DNA of 64,000 nt from Candidatus Bathyarchaeia archaeon. GTDB taxonomy: Archaea; Thermoproteota; Bathyarchaeia; Bathyarchaeales; Bathycorpusculaceae. The translations under genes and the position numbers were made by a program. Under the pieces are notes generated by a model. That model did not search any database. It worked only from the letters and a program-made list of their open reading frames with translations, and was not told the DNA's origin. The stretch covers positions 64,627 to 128,626 of the forward strand of contig JBEKKX010000001.1 in assembly GCA_050010515.1 (NCBI GenBank). Direction: 5' to 3'. Shown here in pieces: positions 1-8,570 of this stretch (position 1 is the first letter of the stretch; every line of letters begins with the position of its first letter).

Positions 1-1339
1 TGATTTTGAATCCGCCAGCCATTATTGGCAGTGACGCTGCTGTGGCAACCGGCATCATTGTGCCTGCTGCTTCTTCTTTAACCTCTACGGCTTCTGCTTC
101 TGCTGCTGGAGCTTCTTCGGCTGTCCATCTTGCGACTACTGGGTGGTTCTTGTCCTTTAGGAATGCTTTCAACGCATCGACGCCCGTTGCGTTTTCTTCA
201 GTGGCAATTTTGTCAACGACGTCTTGGGGTATGAAGTCTTTTACTCGTTCTTTAACTTCTTTTGGAAGCCAGACTATGCGGTTCCAGCCGCCGTCTGCAG
301 ATAGGAACTTTTTGCTACGCATGTATTCAATTGACATTCCGTGGAAGCCGTCTATCTGTCGTCCGCCAGCGGTGGAGTCAGCGATTGTTGAGAATGGTAA
401 ACCGTTTACTGTTACGCCTTTGAAGCTTCTGTTTACGACGCCGAAGCCGTCTACTTCTGGAATGTAGAATGCTACTGCCTCGAAGCATCCGCATGAAGTG
501 TGTGGGTGATCGAACGCTGTGTATAGCCAGACTTGGTTCACTTCGCCCATAGTGCGTTTTTTAGCCATTTCGTTAACGCCGCTAAACTCGCCCTTTTCAG
601 CGTTTATTAATTGGCCTCTGTCGATTGCGAATACTGGTCCTTTAGGATCAATGTTTGCTGAGGCTTTTCCGTCAAACCAGCTGATGGCGCCGCAGTTAGA
701 ATATCTTTGCGGGGTGATGATGCAAACATGGGTTGGAGCAAATGATTGGCATAAGGTGCAACCGTAAAATTTGTCGACGTCTTCGTCTTTGAGGCCTCTT
801 GCTTTAGCGTCACGTGATTCGTAATCTTGCATTGCTTCTGGGTAGAGTTCTGACAATTTAGCAGGATCTGTTATGAAGGTAACTTGTACTTTCTCGATTA
901 TGGGGAGTTCGCTTTTGAATAAGCGGCAGAGTACTTTGCCGATTGGTTCAAAACTGTTTAAGCCTTTTTGGAATGATTTTTTGCTTAAGCGTATCCAGAT
1001 GTCATAGCGCTGGTTTAAGTGCATCAAGCCCTCAACGTAGTTTAAATAGCCATGAATTCGTCTTTCAATGACGCCTTCAAGGCCTTGATCGAGAGTTGCA
1101 CCTGCAGCTTCAACAAGAATGCCGAGTGGGTATGCGCCGCCTTCTTTGAGGTCTTTTATGTCTGGGCCTATAATGGTGATTTTGCCGTCTTCTATTTCGT
1201 CCATTGGTTTTACTTTTGCTAGTTCAAACTTTTCTTTAACTGATGGACCGCCAAATTCTACTTGCATGTCGTTTCTTCTAATGCGTTCGCCTTCGTAGAT
1301 TACGCCAACATCAACAGGTATATCTTTAAACATTGACAT
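1..1339 (-). CDS. cdhC: Acetyl-CoA decarbonylase/synthase beta subunit (ACS), 3'-truncated by window edge
   Basis: Not in ORF track (no stop in window). Manual translation from ATG at 1339: MSMFKDIPVDVGVIYEGERIRRNDMQVEFGGP...CQSFAPTHVC...HTSCGCFE...GGFKI; lies directly downstream of cdhB. Confidence 0.95.
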   Translation of the reverse strand, partial: MSMFKDIPVDVGVIYEGERIRRNDMQVEFGGPSVKEKFELAKVKPMDEIEDGKITIIGPDIKDLKEGGAYPLGILVEAAGATLDQGLEGVIERRIHGYLNYVEGLMHLNQRYDIWIRLSKKSFQKGLNSFEPIGKVLCRLFKSELPIIEKVQVTFITDPAKLSELYPEAMQDYESRDAKARGLKDEDVDKFYGCTLCQSFAPTHVCIITPQRYSNCGAISWFDGKASANIDPKGPVFAIDRGQLINAEKGEFSGVNEMAKKRTMGEVNQVWLYTAFDHPHTSCGCFEAVAFYIPEVDGFGVVNRSFKGVTVNGLPFSTIADSTAGGRQIDGFHGMSIEYMRSKKFLSADGGWNRIVWLPKEVKERVKDFIPQDVVDKIATEENATGVDALKAFLKDKNHPVVARWTAEEAPAAEAEAVEVKEEAAGTMMPVATAASLPIMAGGFKI

Positions 1340-1343
1340 TTTT

Positions 1344-1886
1344 TTATTGTCCTCCTTCAAATTTTGAAGATATGACTGTGAGATTTGCAGCCCATTCCTC
1401 GAGGGTTGCGTTTGGGAAAGACCAGCTTGCATGCGGATGATACAAGTTGTCCAGAGTCATGGTCTTTTGGCAAGGAGCGAAGTGCATTAGTCCTGAAAGG
1501 ATTAGTTCTTCCATGTAGAATGGGAGACCTACAAACATGACTAGGTCGTATGGGCCTTTGCCGTCAAGTCCTTTCCATTCGGGGTCAACTATACGATTGC
1601 CGATGTCCATGGCAGACATGAAGCCTGCTGGTTGGTAACCGCGTTTTAGGAATTCGCCGACCATGTGCGCTGTAGCGACCACTGGAACTTTTGATGCGTT
1701 AGCGAAGTCAATCAGGTACTCGATTAGTTGTTTGCCTTCCATGTATCGTTCAGTAGCATAGCTGCCCACGATGAGCAGTGGACGGGAGGCTTTTTTGATC
1801 ATTGCTACTGCTATCTCAGGTTTCTGTATGGGGTTTGCTTTCTTTGTTGCGGCTATCTCTGCACATTGCCAAGGTTCACATGCCAT
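1344..1886 (-). CDS. cdhB: CODH/ACS complex epsilon subunit
   Basis: 180 aa; KKASRPLLIVG, WKGLDGKGPYDLV and HASWSFPN motifs; between cdhA and cdhC. Confidence 0.93.
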   Translation of the reverse strand: MACEPWQCAEIAATKKANPIQKPEIAVAMIKKASRPLLIVGSYATERYMEGKQLIEYLIDFANASKVPVVATAHMVGEFLKRGYQPAGFMSAMDIGNRIVDPEWKGLDGKGPYDLVMFVGLPFYMEELILSGLMHFAPCQKTMTLDNLYHPHASWSFPNATLEEWAANLTVISSKFEGGQ

Positions 1887-1892
1887 ATCTTA

Positions 1893-4241
1893 TCACTCCT
1901 TCATTTTACGAATCATTCTTGGAAGCAATGTCGGGTCAGGAATTACTGTTTCCTTCCAATCGTGTGCTTCCAGTATCTTGGTAAATTCATCTTTAAGTGT
2001 CATTGGCACATCAGCCATCGTTCTCACCAACAAATGCAAATCCTGCGGCATGCATCCGTAGTGGCGTTTGTGTAGGTCAACGTAGTGGCTTAGTTTTATG
2101 CTGCGGCCTTTCCATGTGTCGTTTGGTCTTATGCAGAGCTTTGCGATGGAGACCATTGCTTCTTGTGGCGTTTCAACTGTTTGGAACAGGTGTTCAGGTG
2201 CTGGGCCAACGTTAACTTTGTTGCCTGTGCGGGCATCGTAAACTTCCCAATCTTCAGGCTTGTCTTCTCTGCCAAGGAGCATACGCCTGTATTTTGCACC
2301 GTGTGGACCAACAAGCACTGGGATTCCTAAGCGCCAGAATCCAGCTGCGATTGCCGCGGCTTTCTGTGAGTATGCACCCCACGCAAGGCCGACTGCACCT
2401 AAGCGGTTGTATATGTAATCGGCGATTTCCTCGTAGTTGCCTCTGAGGTTGCGTTTGGCAAAAATGTTTGCTACTTTGATGGCTGCGCCTGCTATATGCG
2501 AGTTTGCTACGCATGAACCGACGTTTAGCACACCTCCAGCTTCGAATCCGCCTGGGAATTCCTCGTAGAGTGTTTTGCCTTCGCTGTTGCGGTAGCTGCC
2601 TGCAGACATGGCTGAGCATCCAGATGTTACAACGATGTATCGTCTGCTGGCGAATTCTCTGCATATGTCGTAAACATCTTTGCCTCCGTGCGGATAATTG
2701 CTACATCCTACAACTGCCAATATGCCCGGGATTTCCCCGAGGACGATTGGGCTACCGACGTTTCGGATTTCGACATCTTGCACTGCTCCTCTACCGGCAC
2801 GGCAAAAGTTATTTTCTTCAAGCATGAATTTTTCGCCAGCTTTCACTATGAAGCTGTGAATGTTTAGTTTAACTGGACATGCTTCTTCGCATCTTCCACA
2901 TCCAATACAGTACTCATATAGGTCGGTTAGTTGTGCAAGGTTTCCTTCGGCTGCTGCCTTTAGGGCTTGTGGGATTTTAAGGTCTTGTGGACAGCTTCTG
3001 CGGCACATGTCGCATTGCCTGCACGTCTTAGATAATTGCTTAATCTCATCTAAGCTTGGAAGATTGTTCATTTTTTTGCGGATTGGAGCGATTTGTTGTG
3101 CTACTCTTACGGCTACTTCGCCGACTTTTTCTGGATCAAGGATCAACACGCCTGCCGCTTTGCCGCTTACAAGGTCAGCGACGATTTCGTCCGCTGAGTC
3201 ATCTGTGCGGTTCTTGAAACCCATGCAGTTCTTCTCTGATGCGGCGATGACTGGAGCGTGAACTTTGCGTGCTTCGTCAAAAGCGTCTGTTCGGACACAT
3301 TGCTCATCTAAAACGACAACGTCTGCGAATCCAGCTCTTATGAATCGTAGTTGCCAACTGATTGGGCCGACGATTTTGCCTCGGTTATAGTACCTTGTGA
3401 TGTCGAAGGCGGTGCAGCATAGACCAATTACTTCTATTTTGTCATCGACTTTGTTATCTTTTGCGTAGTCTATGATTCCAACGGATGGAATTACGTTGTG
3501 ACCAATGCACATGATAACTGGCTTAGAGGTATCGACACTACCTATGCCTAGTTGTATGAGAGGAGCCTCAGGGTCAGCTTTTGGAAAGCCCAATGTCGAA
3601 ATTTGGATAATATCTCCGACTTCCATGCCAACATGATCTATCATACCTACGTGGAAGGCTTTGGATTCAAAATCAAGGTTGTTGCCTTCTTGCCCTGTGT
3701 GCGCTACTGCTACTGCTTGAGTAATTTGCTCTTCAGCGTACTCCAAAACTTCCTCCATGTCTCCAAGAGTCTGAGGCTTTATACCAGTAACAAGTCTGGT
3801 AACTGGCGCTTCAACTTTGATGTTTAAGCCACCTACATCTAAGGGGTATCGGCTGCCGTATTTTTCGACCAAGTGATGAAGCATGTGACGGGCATGAGCC
3901 GTGTGGGTTGCTGCACCAATGCAACAGGCCAAAAGCACTATACGTGAAGACTGAGCACCGATGTCTAAGCCGCATGCACCACGCTTTCCAGCTGTCAAAT
4001 CGCATTTTCCAAAAGTGCAAAGACAGCAAAGATCACAATCAGGCATATAGAAAGGTTTGTACCTGGTGAGGAGCCTCATGTCCCAGTCTCGCAGGGTACT
4101 CATTGATGGCATTGGAGTTGGACCCATGGATTCCGTCCAGTTGTCAGTGGCAACTTTGCCTATAGATAATTCAAGATTTTTAATGAGACTACTGCTAGTC
4201 TTCATTTCGTCAATTTTTATACTAACGTTTTTACTAGTCAA
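1893..4241 (-). CDS. cdhA: CODH/ACS complex alpha subunit (archaeal CODH)
   Basis: 782 aa; CDLCCLCTFGKC, C-cluster ligand motifs (GHN, GLCCT, EQCV, VGCS, SGCS, GSCV) and inserted 2x[4Fe-4S] domain. Confidence 0.97.
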   Translation of the reverse strand: MTSKNVSIKIDEMKTSSSLIKNLELSIGKVATDNWTESMGPTPMPSMSTLRDWDMRLLTRYKPFYMPDCDLCCLCTFGKCDLTAGKRGACGLDIGAQSSRIVLLACCIGAATHTAHARHMLHHLVEKYGSRYPLDVGGLNIKVEAPVTRLVTGIKPQTLGDMEEVLEYAEEQITQAVAVAHTGQEGNNLDFESKAFHVGMIDHVGMEVGDIIQISTLGFPKADPEAPLIQLGIGSVDTSKPVIMCIGHNVIPSVGIIDYAKDNKVDDKIEVIGLCCTAFDITRYYNRGKIVGPISWQLRFIRAGFADVVVLDEQCVRTDAFDEARKVHAPVIAASEKNCMGFKNRTDDSADEIVADLVSGKAAGVLILDPEKVGEVAVRVAQQIAPIRKKMNNLPSLDEIKQLSKTCRQCDMCRRSCPQDLKIPQALKAAAEGNLAQLTDLYEYCIGCGRCEEACPVKLNIHSFIVKAGEKFMLEENNFCRAGRGAVQDVEIRNVGSPIVLGEIPGILAVVGCSNYPHGGKDVYDICREFASRRYIVVTSGCSAMSAGSYRNSEGKTLYEEFPGGFEAGGVLNVGSCVANSHIAGAAIKVANIFAKRNLRGNYEEIADYIYNRLGAVGLAWGAYSQKAAAIAAGFWRLGIPVLVGPHGAKYRRMLLGREDKPEDWEVYDARTGNKVNVGPAPEHLFQTVETPQEAMVSIAKLCIRPNDTWKGRSIKLSHYVDLHKRHYGCMPQDLHLLVRTMADVPMTLKDEFTKILEAHDWKETVIPDPTLLPRMIRKMKE

Positions 4242-4260
4242 ATTAAGAAACCTCTGTAAA

Positions 4261-4276
4261 GGTTTAGCTATAAACC
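4261..4276. promoter_or_regulatory. Inverted repeat GGTTTA-GCTA-TAAACC upstream of cdhA
   Basis: Perfect 6-bp arms about 20 nt upstream of the cdhA start; arms resemble the boxes at 5888-5933. Confidence 0.35.
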
Positions 4277-4615
4277 CATTACAATCTTTTTAAACCTTTC
4301 CAAATTTTTAGGCAAAAGTCATGTTGTAGCTATAGATATGGAAGGTTTCCGAAAAATTGTGTAAAAAACACATATGCCCATAACCAGCAGGGATTGTTTG
4401 AGAAGCTACTGATTCGGAGGATACCCTCACCAAGCTCAACGTTAAGCAATACAAACGCTCACGGCACACAAAACTCTCCGTATAGCAGTAAATACGTCTA
4501 AGATAATTAAACTGTTTGCCATAAATAGAATGGGTTAATTATTTGATGGGGAAGGGGTTGTTTGGATCGGATATGCTTACTTGGTAGAAGGAAAGAGCGA
4601 TTGTGGATTTCTTTG

Positions 4616-4900
4616 TTATAGAGTTTTTGCAACTTCGCTTAAGGGTTGAACTGGCCTCACTTCAACTGCCATCTGACCGAAAAACTTTGAAACTGTCTTG
4701 GGGCTGTCCGCCTCTATTGTGAAGAAGCCTTTGTGATCAGCTGCTGTGTCTTTCGGGCAGCTCATGTAGGCAGCGGCTATTTTGATTCCTGCTTTCTTGA
4801 CGTTCTCGTCGGAGAACAGATTTTTGATCATGTTTTTGCCTTCAGATGTCAGCAGAGGACACTGAGACGCTTTGTGTGTATGTGTTGCCTCAAATAACAC
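4616..4900 (-). CDS. Small hypothetical protein with HxH...CP motif
   Basis: 94 aa; GGAGGTGA-type RBS upstream; co-oriented with OsmC and NifX-like genes. Confidence 0.7.
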   Translation of the reverse strand: MLFEATHTHKASQCPLLTSEGKNMIKNLFSDENVKKAGIKIAAAYMSCPKDTAADHKGFFTIEADSPKTVSKFFGQMAVEVRPVQPLSEVAKTL

Positions 4901-4944
4901 TCAATCACCTCCTTTTTTCCTTGAAAAAGCAAGATCAGACAGGT

Positions 4945-5373
4945 TTATTCTGATTTTCCTTCGAATTCAACTTTTACAGGAATTGGGTCTTTGAAAATGT
5001 ACAAGACTGGACAGTTCGCTTCGGTTCTTCTCCAAGCGGCGTCTAACAGTTCCTTCCTTGCTTTAGAGGACGCGTTCACCTTCATAGTTACGCCACTTAC
5101 AATTGGGGAATCAGGAGATTTTTCGGCGTCAACAGTAACTTCCACTTTGCTGAGCTCTATGTTGCTTTTTTTGCAAACATCAGCAAAGATTGTTACGCCA
5201 CAGTCAGCTAAAGCCATCATGCTTAATTCAAGCGCTGTTGGACCCGTATCTGTTCCGCCTGCTGCTGTTGACATGTCGCAGACTACCCTATGCGTTCTTT
5301 GGTTATCAACTATTGAGCGAACGTTTTCAACCCAAGTTGCTTTTGCCTTAATTTTGGGCATTTTATTCACCAA
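4945..5373 (-). CDS. OsmC/Ohr family protein
   Basis: GGTDTGPTALE...ALADC and EANCPV two-Cys signature. Confidence 0.9.
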   Translation of the reverse strand: MVNKMPKIKAKATWVENVRSIVDNQRTHRVVCDMSTAAGGTDTGPTALELSMMALADCGVTIFADVCKKSNIELSKVEVTVDAEKSPDSPIVSGVTMKVNASSKARKELLDAAWRRTEANCPVLYIFKDPIPVKVEFEGKSE

Positions 5374-5419
5374 TTTAACTTATCATTTAATTGATTTAAG
5401 TTTGTCTTCGGTTGCACTG

Positions 5420-5839
5420 TTAATGAGAATGATGGTGCTCAAGGGCATGTTCATAATGAGAGTGATGGTGCTCAAGGGCATGTTCACAACCGTCTATTAA
5501 TTCTTTTAATTTGTCTTCATTGAAGGAATTAACATTTCCTTTAACAGTTTCTTCCGTGGCTTTCAGTACAGTAACTCCAGCATTTTGAAAACTTGTCAAA
5601 CCTCCAGGTCCCATGCCGCAAGCGACGATTACATCCGGTTTTAGTGCCAGAAGATTCTCGTGTGGGTGCCCTGTGCCTCCATGATGTTCGCCTTTGTTTG
5701 CTTCTGTCTTCGTGCTTAGGATTTCGCCGTTTTCGTTTAGGTCGACAACTGCAAAGAATGGGGCTCTTCCAAAATGTTCTGCTACGTGCGCTTCTAAGCC
5801 TTTTTCATCTTCAACGGGGATTACAATTCTTTTTGTCAT
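5420..5839 (-). CDS. NifB/NifX (FeMo-cofactor-binding family) protein with His-rich tail
   Basis: HFGRAPFF and GMGPG motifs; C-terminus CEHALEHHHSHYEHALEHHHSH. Confidence 0.9.
   Translation of the reverse strand: MTKRIVIPVEDEKGLEAHVAEHFGRAPFFAVVDLNENGEILSTKTEANKGEHHGGTGHPHENLLALKPDVIVACGMGPGGLTSFQNAGVTVLKATEETVKGNVNSFNEDKLKELIDGCEHALEHHHSHYEHALEHHHSH
5421..5486. repeat. 33-bp tandem duplication (2 copies, 1 mismatch) encoding the His tail
   Basis: taatgagaatgatggtgctcaagggcatgttca / taatgagagtgatggtgctcaagggcatgttca. Confidence 0.95.
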
Positions 5840-5887
5840 TTCAAATAACCTTCTTTTTGGTATTTTTCATGTTTAGTTAACCACAAT

Positions 5888-5933
5888 GTTTATTGCATAA
5901 ACGCTATTAATAGGTTTTGTTTATAAAATAAAC
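5888..5933. promoter_or_regulatory. Two 15-bp palindromic boxes GTTTA-N5-TAAAC, 31 bp apart; putative Lrp operators
   Basis: 5888-5902 GTTTATTGCATAAAC and 5919-5933 GTTTATAAAATAAAC, in the divergent nifX-like/lrp intergenic gap. Confidence 0.65.
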
Positions 5934-5938
5934 TGAGT

Positions 5939-6517
5939 GTGTACTGTTTGGACGAAATAGACAGAGAGATAATTTCACAGCTACAAATAAACGGTAGAAT
6001 TACCCTAAAAGAGTTGGCCCAGATTATTGGGTACACAAGCATGGGAACCAAGAAAAGACTGCAAAAACTTCTGGATCAGAAAACCATCCAAGTGTCTGCT
6101 TTGCTTAATCCGACTCAGCTTAAGCTTCTTCCTGCAATTGTAATGTTAGAGATGGAAAGCGCCGAAGCGAGGCAAACTCTAATCGATCGATTCAAAGACT
6201 GCCCTCGAGTAATCCAAATTTTCAAAACGATGGGGGGCTACAACCTAATTGCCCTGGTCGTAGCAGAAAACCAAGAAACTCTCAATAGTATTTCGATGGA
6301 AAAATGCTCCTTAAGAAGCAACGCGGGAATACGCAGATCGGAATTCTACCCCATAGGCGATATCAACTTCGCCCCCTTCCTCCAAGTGAGGGAACACCTA
6401 ACTCACAAGGACAGAACCGTCACACCATGCAATATAGATTGCAGACCTTGTTCCTGTTACAAGGATCAAACCTGTGTGGGTTGCCCAACCGCTAGCTACT
6501 ACAGAGGAACGCTATAG
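5939..6517 (+). CDS. Lrp/AsnC family transcriptional regulator with Cys-rich C-terminal extension
   Basis: LDEIDREII..LQINGR HTH, RAM domain, tail PCNIDCRPCSCYKDQTCVGCP. Confidence 0.88.
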   Translation: MYCLDEIDREIISQLQINGRITLKELAQIIGYTSMGTKKRLQKLLDQKTIQVSALLNPTQLKLLPAIVMLEMESAEARQTLIDRFKDCPRVIQIFKTMGGYNLIALVVAENQETLNSISMEKCSLRSNAGIRRSEFYPIGDINFAPFLQVREHLTHKDRTVTPCNIDCRPCSCYKDQTCVGCPTASYYRGTL

Positions 6518-6532
6518 AAGGAAAGCTCTCGT

Positions 6533-7531
6533 ATGAACGCAACTGACGAGGGAATGCTTAGTCAAGCACTGAAAGTTGAGGAAGTCGATGCTGTTGAGAT
6601 ACTTAGTCTAGTTGACAATTCAGCCGATTATCTTTCCTCGATCGACAAAAATGAGGTCCAGACTTTCAGACAATGGATGAAAGAACGCCATAAGAATGAA
6701 GTGGCAACAAACTAATCCCAACTTCCTATTGCTGAACACGGATTTGCAATGCTTATTCGCGTTCTGATTAAAGGAAAATTAAGAACCGTGTTGTTTGATA
6801 CAGGCAGCAGTTCCGACGGAGCCGTTACAAATGCAGAGCGAATGGACTTGGACCTAAATGAAGTAGACTGCATTGTCTTGTCTCACGGACATTATGATCA
6901 TTTTGGTAGACTTCTGTCTGTCTTGAAGGCAATTAACAAGGTTAACCTGCCTTTAATCATTCACGAGGATATGTTCAAAACGAGAGGAACCGCTAATCAA
7001 GACGAAACAATTCGAATTTACCCAAAGTTTCCAGCAAAAGAACAATTAAGCCCGGCACATCTAATTGGTACAAAGCAGCCCCTTCTAATCGCCGATGATA
7101 TGATTCTCGTGACCGGCAAGATTCCTCGTGAAACAACTTTTGAGAGAGGGTATTTGTCTCACAGAGTTCTCGTAAACGGATCATGGCAACCTGATCCGTG
7201 CATTTTGGATGATCGTGCAGTTATTGTTAACGTTAAAGGAAAGGGTTTAGTTGTCATCTCTGGTTGCGCTCATTCAGGTATAATTAACACAATAACCTAT
7301 GCGCAACAAATCACCGGAATCACAACCATCTGCGCAGTATTGGGGGGCTTTCACCTAGCGGGCAGGGAAAACGAGAACAGAATCGAGCCGACCATGAAAG
7401 AACTGAAACGGATAAACCCTCAGCTAATAGCGCCTTCGCACTGCACTGGCTGGAGAGGAATGTGCGCAATAGCCAATGTAATGCCAAATGCCTCAGTATG
7501 GAATAGTGTGGGGAACCTCTATAAATTTTGA
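6533..7531 (+). pseudogene. MBL-fold metallohydrolase interrupted by a single in-frame TAA (6713-6715)
   Basis: ORFs 6533-6715 and 6749-7531 are in the same frame; read-through gives ..ATN*SQLPIAEHGFAMLI.., then LFDTG, SHGHYDH, GCAHSG, GGFHL and PSHCTG. Confidence 0.8.
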
Positions 7532-7638
7532 CAGCACCCTCATTTAAAAGGAGCCGCTCTTCGCTATGAAGAGTTAATTGGAAAACTCCTGTTTTGGTTT
7601 GCATGTTGGAGCAGGTATTCATTGAAAAAAGACTGCAC

Positions 7639-7785
7639 CTACAAGTAGCCTAAGTTTTTCATTATCGTTTTCACTGAAACATACGCCTCGTTATCGGATG
7701 GCAAGTCAAGCAGTGACTGCCCATTAAGAACGTGCTCGTCCAGTTGCTCATCAGCAGCCATCTTGCTCAATACTTAAACTTCAAA
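7639..7785 (-). pseudogene. Decayed fragment of a cooC 3' end (paralogous to 11179-11964)
   Basis: Translates LKFKY/(frameshift)/SKMAADEQLDEHVLNGQSLLDLPSDNEAYVSVKTIMKNLGYL* versus LKFKFLGKIAEDEQLDDYVLNGKSLLDLPSDNAAYLSVKAIMRATGYIHQ*. Confidence 0.85.
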
Positions 7786-7882
7786 GTTCGCGTCCGAAAT
7801 AAAAATCCATTCGTCAATGTGCCCAGCCGTTTCTCGCGCAGCGCTCTAAATTCGAAAAGCTCTTATAGCACTTATAGATGCA

Positions 7883-7900
7883 TACCTACCTAGGTAGGTA
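7883..7900. promoter_or_regulatory. Perfect 18-bp palindrome TACCTACCTAGGTAGGTA, putative operator
   Basis: Self-complementary; ends 9 nt before ATG 7910 and lies just downstream of TTATA-like boxes (7862-7877). Confidence 0.65.
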
Positions 7901-7909
7901 GGTAGTAAA

Positions 7910-8557
7910 ATGGTATTGCTCATATGTCAACATTGTGGCTATAAATGGGATTACCAAGGCGAGAACGAGCATTATGCCACCTGCCCTACATGCCGTTACA
8001 AGGTCAGGATCCCTGAAGAAAAAGCTCAAATGTTACGTCGAAAAGGGTTGGATATGGAGTTAAAAAGCAAATTCTCATTAAAAGAGCAACCTGTAAAATT
8101 GCGTGGTATTGCTGGAATAGTGAATAAGACAATAGAGGACTACCAACACGACAAAAGCATGTTAATTCAAATCCTTTTGAGATTGCAAAAGAATTTCGGG
8201 TGGCTTCCGATGGAAATGCTATTAGAAGTAAGCAAACAGCTGGGAATACCTATCAATCAAGTATACCAAGTCGCAACCTTTTACAAAGTCTTCTCTCTCA
8301 GTCCTCGAGGGAGACATCTAATAAGGGTTTGCACGGGAACTTCCTGTAAAGTGAGAGGTGCGCCAACAATCCTTGAGAAGTTACAGAGCTTTCTCGGCAT
8401 AGATACGGGTGAAGTCACCGCAGACGGCAGATTCAGTCTTGAAACAGTTAACTGTGTAGGCGGTTGCGCTCTCGGCCCAATGATGACTATTGACGGCGAA
8501 TACTATGGAAACTTAAAGTTGCTCACCGTGAAAAGAATTCTATCTAAATACACGTAG
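7910..8557 (+). CDS. NuoE/HydC-like [2Fe-2S] subunit with extra N-terminal Zn-ribbon
   Basis: VATFY, VCTGTSC, VNCVGGCALGP; first ~35 aa CQHCGYKW...ATCPTCRYKV. Confidence 0.9.
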   Translation: MVLLICQHCGYKWDYQGENEHYATCPTCRYKVRIPEEKAQMLRRKGLDMELKSKFSLKEQPVKLRGIAGIVNKTIEDYQHDKSMLIQILLRLQKNFGWLPMEMLLEVSKQLGIPINQVYQVATFYKVFSLSPRGRHLIRVCTGTSCKVRGAPTILEKLQSFLGIDTGEVTADGRFSLETVNCVGGCALGPMMTIDGEYYGNLKLLTVKRILSKYT

Positions 8558-8570
8558 CAGGTGAATAAAC

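Noticed and set aside
6-813. ORF-track calls 6-467, 519-767 and 607-813
   Set aside because: Antisense or off-frame shadows of cdhC, which the track missed because its stop is outside the window
5421-5486. Tandem repeat considered as a CRISPR array
   Set aside because: Two adjacent units with no spacer, inside coding sequence; no CRISPR array or cas gene is seen in the window
6713-6715. Stop-codon recoding (Sec/Pyl) in the MBL gene
   Set aside because: The codon is TAA and the position is not a catalytic residue
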